This document shows positions 1-9,000 of a stretch of 64,000 nucleotides of DNA, one piece after another. The stretch is from Klebsormidium nitens (Eukaryota; Plantae; Klebsormidiophyceae), in NCBI GenBank assembly GCA_000708835.1, contig DF237407.1, positions 7,077-71,076 on the forward strand, written 5' to 3'. The translations under genes and the position numbers were made by a program. Positions within the stretch are counted from its first letter, which is position 1, and each line of letters begins with the position of its first letter. The notes beneath the pieces are model-generated. The model saw only the letters and a program-made list of their open reading frames with translations, searched no databases and was not told where the DNA came from.

Positions 1-72
1 AAAAGCCCAGAACCTGGTGGAAAAGCTCAGAGAATGGTAGAAATTGCTCAGAGTGTGGCAAAAGACACTCAC

Positions 73-3000
73 CTGACGACGCTCCGGATGCTGCCGACGC
101 TGTGGCTGCGCTTTCGGCTGCTTTCCGGTCCGCTTGGCTCCCCGCGAATTTCAGCTTGTTGGCTGCGACTTCTTCATTCGACTGCGAAAGAACTGGCAAG
201 CTTTCAGCACGAGTCGAGGGTTCGACTTGAGCTTTCAATTGCAGTGTTCTACAGCGTCAATGTTGTCAGAAGTTCCTTGCCCGTTTCGGACGAGAGTCGA
301 ATGGACATCGCCTGGGTCAACAAGGGGCAATGACCTGATCAAGATGGACGCTAGCTGGTGTGCGGAATATTCAAAGTGACTACTAACTTATCACTAGCCA
401 ACCCCTTAATCTCGCAAATTCTCAACAATCCGGGTATCAGACGGACGGTGTGGCGCCTTGGAGTTCCGAGCTGGCGACCGATATGATCTCTGAAGCCTTC
501 TTCGGACCGCGGAAAGGGTACACCATTTAGAAGAGGAACAAGACTCAAAGCGGATCTTCTCCTACCCGCCGTCAATGGGGGTCGATAACCTCGATCCAGG
601 TTTGGGACCCGTCCAATCGAAAAAGATGCTTGCGAGCCCAACACTCTTTGAATCGTAGAGCGCGGTGGCTCAAGAAATTCCCCAAAACTTACCATCTCGC
701 GGAAGAGAGGCTCGGGCGCTCCGATCTTGTGCCCGGCGGGAACCAGCTTCCACAACTCTGACGTTAGCTCCACGTCAGCGTCCGTCAGCGACAAAGAGCT
801 CGGCGGCAGGTTCAGCTGCTTCAGGACCTGCAAGAGGAAAGGCATCCGTCCTGACGTCAGCATGAAGTCAATGTCGTATTCGGTCTGCGACAAGGAGCTT
901 GGCGACACTATTCAGCTGGTTCAAACCCCGTCGGCAGCCCAAGAGGGAAATGGGATAGTCGGCAAATGCGAAACTATCACAGCGCAGTTGCTCCAATTCA
1001 ATCTATAGGACCCTTGACCTTCCCTCCTCGAAGGCGTTGCGGGGGCATAAAAACGTGGCAAAAAGTGGCTGGCCCTTTACTTTGACAGGAAACGCAGGCA
1101 CATGCAGTTCCAGGTGTGTCGCTGGCAGTTACATGAGCTCTACTGCTCACATGATTTCTCTTTACGAAGGCCACGTGGCATCAATTGATTGGCCCTCACC
1201 TTGTGCACGAAAGCGGGCATGTATGACTCCAGGAGCGTCGCGCTAGCAGCCGCACGCGGCTTACTGATCGTTCAAACCTTAGCGACTTAGGTCACATGGC
1301 AAAACCTGGTCGTCTCTTAGCTTGTGTGCACAAGCGGGCTTGTACGGCTCCAGGAGTGTCACCAAAAGCCGCACTAGCTTTTACTAATCAATGAGATTGT
1401 GGTGTCTTCGGAAACGTGGGCAGACGTGATTGGCCCTCACCTTATGCGCGAATGCGGGCATGTATGGCTCCAGGAGCGTGGCCAGTAGCCGCACGAGCCC
1501 CACTGCCGTCGCAACGATGTCTTCGCAGGCGGGCTTATCTTCTTTGAGCAGAACCCACGGCTTGTTGTCCTGGAAGAACTTGTTGCCCAGTGCGGAGATA
1601 TTCATTGCAATCTTGAGTCCGTCCTTCAGCTTCGCCTGCGTGAGAAAAACCGACAGGCTTGAGTTAAAGACGAGGTCAGCACTCTAAGCTTCCCTGATCG
1701 AATTGAACGAAACTACACAGCACAGGGTGTTATTTACGAAGGTGCTGAGAAATCTGACCGCCTGCACAGTAACAAGCAGTCGTTTTGACTTTCTCTGCCA
1801 GAATCACTGTCCAAGACAAACTGGAATTGGATTCGAAAATGGAGGAGGATGTCGTTGCCCTAAAGGCAGTTCGATAACAGACTTTAGGCCGTCCTTCAAC
1901 TTTGCTCTTACGGCTTGAAGCAGCCACCTTAAATGATATTGCTAAAGATCAAAGTGACAAATGAATCGCGCAACTTTCAGCACGTCGTCAACCAACGCCA
2001 GGCGAGAGCGGACGTATTCTCTCCTGAAGCAGCGCCAGAACCAATCTGTTCACTCCCAAATTTCAACGACAAGATATTGTAATAGACACGCTGCAAATTT
2101 CCAAAGGTAGTCCTTTGAAGCGGCTTGAATGCTGGTGCAAGAATATACTTATCTGAACGGATCAGCAGGTCGTCCATGTATGTCATTGGCTCATATAACT
2201 TGGTTCTGAGGATTAGAAACGATTCAACGACCTGCTGATTCAATGACCTGCTAAATGCACAAAAGAGACCGTCGCATCCGATCCCACCTTCTCCAGCTTG
2301 CTGACGTACTCCCTGACGTTGTCCTGGACCTCTTTCCCGAGTGCGACCACCGCCGCGTTCGACGCTGCCGCCTTCGCCTCGGGGATCGTCGCGTCCAGCC
2401 GGTCAGCCAGGAACTTGAGCGCCCGGTTGACGAAGTTGCCGAGGTTTGCGAGGAGTTCGCCGTTGGTCTTGGCTTGCAAGTCGCTCCACATGAAGACGGT
2501 ATCGGAAACCTGAAAGCGGTATGTGTCACATTTTGTTGTTGACAATGTTCGATTTACTTTGGTCTTGTCTCTGCTCTTTAACTAGACTGCGAGATCTAGA
2601 GCCCGGTTGACGAAGTTGCCGAGGTTTGCGAGGAGTTCGCCGTTGGTCTTGGCTTGCAAGTCGCTCCACATGAAGACCGTGTCAGAGACCTGGTGGGATG
2701 GAAGCATAAGTCAGTTCGGCACAATTGACCTTGTTCGGGTTCAAATAGGACCAACGGGCGTCTAATTGAGGAGGTTCGAGGGCTTCTCAATTTAAGTTGC
2801 TCAAAGATCGCGCAGAGTGAGGATCGTGTTAGAGACCTAAGAGGAGGAAAGCTGGTCTTCATGCGGAGTTCGATTATGTTAGCAGTGGTTAACCAGTAAT
2901 TACAGGGGCGTCATGTAATAACCTCAACCTTTGCCAGACATTCGCCGTGAACATTGGGTCGCATGAGTCATTCCAGAAACGATCGTGATAACACCCGAAA

Positions 3001-6000
3001 GAAGGCGTCGGACGTGATTGTGGTACGGCTCGGACTGGTAAGAAGACCAAAGCCGAGCGCCAGCTCACGGGTCTCCCACCGAGGCGCCAAAAACTGCTTC
3101 TCAAGCTCTGCTTGCAAGTCGCTCTCCAAGTATATTGAATGAGACATCTGAAAGCAGCGTGGTTCATACCGTAAAACGACTGCTCTGAGACGTCCGTGAG
3201 GGGAGGTTTTCAAATTTCACCGGTAGGCCTCGAGGCGCCGAAAGTGTCTACCTTTGACGGCTAGAAAGAGCTTACTTCACAAAGACACGCCTGGGCTGTC
3301 ACGAACAGGCCCGTGCACGATGCAAAAATGCTTACTTCACGTTGTGAGAAGCCGATGAAGATGACGTCACATACTTAGAATCAGATGCCAGAGCAAGACT
3401 CAGATGAGGTACAAGCGAGGAAAGCAAGCAGCATAGCCCTTACCTCCGGCCGATTGACCAGGAGATAGTACCGCCACACTTCCGATGGCACCCCCGTCGA
3501 CTGCGCGTCGTTTCCAAACACGCCGACACCTCGGCTTTTGGAGAATTTGCCGTCTTCGTAGTTCAGGTACTCGGTCACGGAGATGGTCTTCATGAGGGTC
3601 CAGGGTTCGGCGGTGCCAAGCAGAGTGGACGGGAAGATCACCTGTGACGTCAGAGAGTGAAATCAGTTCTCGAAAACGCATGAGATCCGCTATTCACCTT
3701 GGGCTGCGAAGGCTTTGCTGACCCTTCATAGTTGAGGTATTCACAAGAATGGTTTTCATGAGGGTTCAGGGTTCGGCGGTGCCAACCAGAGTGGACGGGG
3801 ATATCACTGGAGGTAGACAAATGAGGCTCGTTAGGCGTAACCTAAAACTTCCGTCTGGCTCTCGGAACTTCCTTTTGCCTCTCGAAACTTTCCGTCTGTT
3901 TATAATGATTTCCAAAAACGTGTCGTCTATGAAAGCGTCGTCTCAGAGCTCCGCGAAGGCCAGCAGAGTCGACGGGCTTGACTGTGGGCAAGAATCAAGC
4001 TTGATATTTCAGTAATTGTACGCGTTCAGAATCGTCCCTTTCTTCAGAAGCAACAAAAACGTCTCCTCCAAGGGACTCCATAACGCACAGGACTTGCTCA
4101 TTCTTGCCTATCCAAGGAAGGAAGGGTGATTGTCATTTAGACTGAAAACAAATCCGCCGTGTTCGTGCAGTACTGGCTGCACAAACCATTGGGGATCACA
4201 AGAAAGCTATTCGACGGGTGAGCGGCGCAGGCTCCGCTAGTGCATGTCAACATTAACATTCAAAACAATTGTACATTTGCCGTCAAAGGAATCTGTTTCA
4301 TGCAATTCTTCCTTACCGTGGAAACGGAGGTTGCCCTTCTCTTCTTAAAAATTGCACAAGCTACGCCCCTTGACGCTGTACCACCAATTCCTCCCTCGGA
4401 CTCTCTTCCTCACGGGTAAAGCTCTAGTTATCAAAACCTAGTGCGCTGCACTATTGTGAAATGCAAATTTACCGGGAAAAGAGGCACGTCGTCTTTTCCC
4501 ATGCACTGTAGAAGCGAAGTCCTTTCGGCTGTGCCGCCACTCCTTCTGCCAAAGCGGCTGGATGAAGGCTTTACCTCCAAAGCCTGGTAGTACCTAAGCA
4601 AAACGAGGTTTCGAAAAGGCAAATCTTACTCTGTGAAAAGGCACGTTGTCTTTCCCTATGAACTGCACCAGCTCCACATCCTTGGGGCTGTATCACCAGT
4701 TCTTCGGCCGAAACTTCTGACTAAACCTCTTGACAGCTAGTACTTACGCAAACGATTCAAGAATGTAAATCTTACCGTGTGGAATGGCACGTTGTCTTTC
4801 CCCATAAACTGCACCAGCTCCACATCTTTTGGGCTGTGCCACCACTCCTTCCAGGAGTCCGTGTAGTTGGCCGTGATGCTAATGTACCCAATCGGGGCGT
4901 CGAACCACACGTAGAACACCTGCATACGACAAACGAGCAAACTTGTCAGTCTGTCCGGTAAGACTGCACAATTCATAATGCACCTGTGTAGTCGGCCGTG
5001 ATGCCGATGTAACGGCTTAAGGCGTGGAACCGGACGTAAAATACCTGCAACCGACCACCAAAGCAAAGTTCAACTTCTTATCAGTGATGGCAACGTGAAG
5101 AATACGGGTTAAGGGGGTGATTCTGCCGGGTGCCCGGTGCTATCAGTCGTGCAAGGAGCCTGGTAGTTGGCCGTAATGCTGGTATACCCGACCGGGACTC
5201 GAACCACACGTGACTCACCTGCAGGTATCCACGTAAACTCTCAAAATTCTTTTTCCGGACAAGACACGCAACACGCCGTTGGAGACGCGAGCAGCACAAT
5301 CCCATGGCTTATTCTACGTCGTAATCAGAACCGTTTATATCCACAGACGGAGCAGGACGCGAAAAGTATGCCGAAGAAACAGAAAAGGTTTGGACTCTGA
5401 TAAGAAGAACGAACATATTTCGAAGGCCCTGACGATAGACTACTCTGAGGAGTGCCGGGCAAGCGAGAGAGCACGAACAACTGTGCCGATGCTCCATAGC
5501 AAACAACCCAAGGTCGACGAGCTTTGAAGAGCCTCATCGACCACGCTTGAGCTTGGGGTCGGGGCCCTTTTGCGGGGGCGCTTTCAAATCCAGAATCGAA
5601 GTTGGGAAGCCCGCTTTGCAAGCAAGAACGAGTCAGCGAACACGAGACAGGGCAAACCTTGCCCTTGAATATCTCTAGCGATACCGGCACCCCCACTTGA
5701 GATCTTGCATGGTGCACCGTGGGTTAGCACGTCCCAAATTCACGACCTCGCAGTTGCGATTTTGTTGCCTCAAGGTTTGGAAAATTGGAAACGCGAGAGA
5801 AACCCACTGGACGGAAATACTTATGAGCACTATTGACTCAAGAGCTCACCTTGTCCTTGAACTTTTCCAGTGGGACTGGTACCCCCCACTTGAGGTCCCG
5901 CGTGATGCACCGCGGTTTCAGCCCGTCTCGGATCCACGAACCCGTGGTTGCGATGCTGTTGGCGCTCCATTCCCCGACTCCCGACGTGGCGTTGATGTAA

Positions 6001-9000
6001 TCTTCGAGCTGGGGCTTGAGGGTTGGAAGGTCCAGGAAAAGGTGCTCGGTGGAGCGGATGCGAGGCGTCGTCCCGCAGATCTGCAGAAGATGGGAGTCGA
6101 TATGAGTCTGCTTACGGAGATCTTGGGGGTGCTCCAGTCGAGTGCCTTTTCTGAAGTGACGAGCAGTTTATTTACTCTTCTTGCTGGGGTCTCCGGGTTG
6201 GGAGATCCAGGAAAAGGTGCTCGGTAGATCGGATACGAGGGGTTGTTCCGCAAATCTGGAGAGAAGGGGGCTGCTTTTGGAGCTTCAAAATGTTCGAGTA
6301 TACTTTTTGTCTTCTTGTCTTCCTGTCTTTCAGAGTCCCTGTGACCCCGGTTGATGCACAGCATTGAGCACGTGGACTCTAAACGAAATGAGTAAACATC
6401 GATGGCAAACGAGTAGAAACAGCTGGAAAGAACAAATTTACAAAGCAGGCTGAGATTTTGGAAGCAAGACTAAGTAATCCCCTGACCTTGCAGCGCGGGT
6501 CAGGTCCGTCGGGTTCAGCAGCTTGCCGCACCTGTCGCACTAATCTCCGCGCGCGTCTTCATACTAATAATCTGGTCGCACGAGTGAACGAAGCAAGAAA
6601 GACCAAGAATAACAGAGAGTTCGGAGCTTTGAACACGAGCAATCCCCTCACCTTGCACCGTGGGTTGATCAGGTCCGTCGGGTTCAGTAGCTTCCGGCAC
6701 TTGTCGGCGTCCCGTGCTTCTTTATACTTATAATCTGAGCGTGGGAGCGAACGAAGCAAGAAGGAACAGGAACAGAAGAGATTCGGAAAGATCTAGAATT
6801 GAGCAATCCCCTCACCTTACAACACGGGTTGATCATGTCCGTCGGGTTCAGCAGCTCCCCGGTGGTGTATCGCACTGGTCACCCCGCGGGTCTTCATACT
6901 CACAGGTCAGGTGTACGAGCAAAAGAAAGCAAGAAAAGCAGAAATAACCCGAGAAGCGAAGCTTTAGAAACAAGTAAAATTCATACCTTGCAGCGCGGGC
7001 TGATCAGGTCCGTCGGATTCAGCAGCTTCCCGCACTTGTCGCACTGATCCCCGCGCGCGTCTTCGTACTGACAGTTTGGACACGTGCCCTCCACGAACCG
7101 GTCCGCAAGAAACTTCTGGTCCAGGTCACAGTAGAGCTGCTCCATGGAGTCTTCGATCAGTCGGTTCTGGTCGAGGAGTGACCGGAAGATAGCCTGCGCA
7201 ATGTCGGTTTGTTGGGGGGTGGAGGTGCGCCCGAAGTGGTCGAAGCTGATGTCGAACCACTTGTAGATGTCCCGGTGGATCACGTGGTACCTGCAAAAGA
7301 GAAAAGGAGAGCATTTCTAAAACGGCAACCTTGATAAGGCTGCATTTAGACAAAGAGGGGAGTTCTGACTCCATTCGACGCTTCAGAGGTGGTTGAAGCT
7401 GATGTCGAACCAATTGTAGATGTCTCGGTGGGTCACGTGATACCTGGTAAAGGAAACGGGACGCTTTGACACCGAATACTAATTGCAGATGAGTCGGGCA
7501 CAAAACGTTACGAAAGTCAAGAGTTCATGGGGGCGTCGTGAGTCAACGCCTGGGTCAAAGTTTAGAGCGAGGGCCTCAGTCGCAGAATACCAAAAGTCCG
7601 TCCTCTGAGAACAAGCCTTCGACGCCTCAATTTCTGCAGTGGTGGATTGTTAGGGATTGGCGTTGTAAATACAAGTGAACGCCTCATCCGCAAGGGCTCT
7701 CCGACGAGCCTTGACCAACGTGCAACCACAGAAGCATCCGCAGAACATTCTGCATAACCGGGTTTTAACGGATCCAGTACCATAAAGTTTAGACTTAATC
7801 TAATCTGCTTCGAGAGAGCATCTGTACCTTAATGCAGATGCCGATAATCCGGAACGGAACCAAGCAAGCCAGAGCGTCTCACATAACGGCTCAATAAGAT
7901 CCCAACAAAATTGTACACGCAGAACATTGAGGAACCGGAAGTCAGGTTACCGAGCTGTGAGGCTTTTCACCAATAGGGCTTATTCGTCACAAGAGACCGA
8001 AGATGTCGTCTTCAAGTGGTTTCACTGCGCACTTGTCAGAGAAGAAAGAATGTGTTCACAACCCTGTAAAGGAGCGGTTCTGCGATCGAGGCCGGAGAAT
8101 GAAATAAGGACAAGCGCAGTAGTCCAAAAGATTGTAATCCGCAAATCTCTGCATGTCCCGCACTCACTTATCGCAGATCTCGCGCGGCGTCAGGCCCTCC
8201 TCGAGCGCCTTGTTCTCGGTAGCGGTTCCGTACTCGTCCGTGCCGCACATGTAAATAACGTTGTACCCACGCCGCCGGCAGTATCGGGCGTACACGTCAG
8301 CACTCAACACGGCTGCAGAAGCAAAGAAATGCAACAGTGACCCTCTTTTTAGTATTGCTTCGCAGTATCGCTATTCAGAAGAAGACGGTCATAGAGACGA
8401 CTTTGCATCATCCAGATATCGAGGGGAAGGCCCTCTTAACAGCAGGTCCGGCCAATGAAGGAAGTAAAGTATTGCTGGCTGTGGCCTACGCAGTTTCTTC
8501 TCGTTGATGACAGACCGATACACGAACCTGGCTTTGAAACTTCAAGTAACGTTTGGATACACGTGCGCATTTGAGTGAAAAGTGGACAAGAACAGCTGCG
8601 GTTCACATCAGGCCAGTTTTCTTTGGAACCCTTGAAGCTGTTCCTCAATCCCAACAAGCTCGTCCGCTACATTGTTGTTGCTTGAAACAACCCAAATCCC
8701 CAATATGGATACAAACCGCCGTGCTTCCAACTCACATCCAATGATGTTCCCGAGATGTGGTACGTTGTTCACGTACGGCAGCGCGCTCGTCACAAGAACG
8801 TTCCGCTTCCCCTTCACCGGTGCCCTTGGAGGCCCTGTCACCTCCAGGTACGGCGACCCCGGGTCCGTGATCACCACTGGCTTGACCGCCGCCTCCGCTT
8901 TTACAGGGCCCTTCGATCCCGCCTTTGCAGCAATTTTCGAATCGCTCGCGTTTGCAGGGGCGGGCTTCGAGGGTTTTGAAGCGGCGGGCTTCTCGGCTGG

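Noticed and set aside
3760-4700. In-frame TGA in place of Trp in two echoes, read as selenocysteine or recoding
   Set aside because: The echoes are partial and carry indels. TGG to TGA is an ordinary transition in dead copies.
6460-7080. Regularly spaced repeats resembling a CRISPR array
   Set aside because: The repeats are degenerate copies of a MetRS exon end and the intervening DNA is itself repeated intron. The context is eukaryotic and there are no cas genes.
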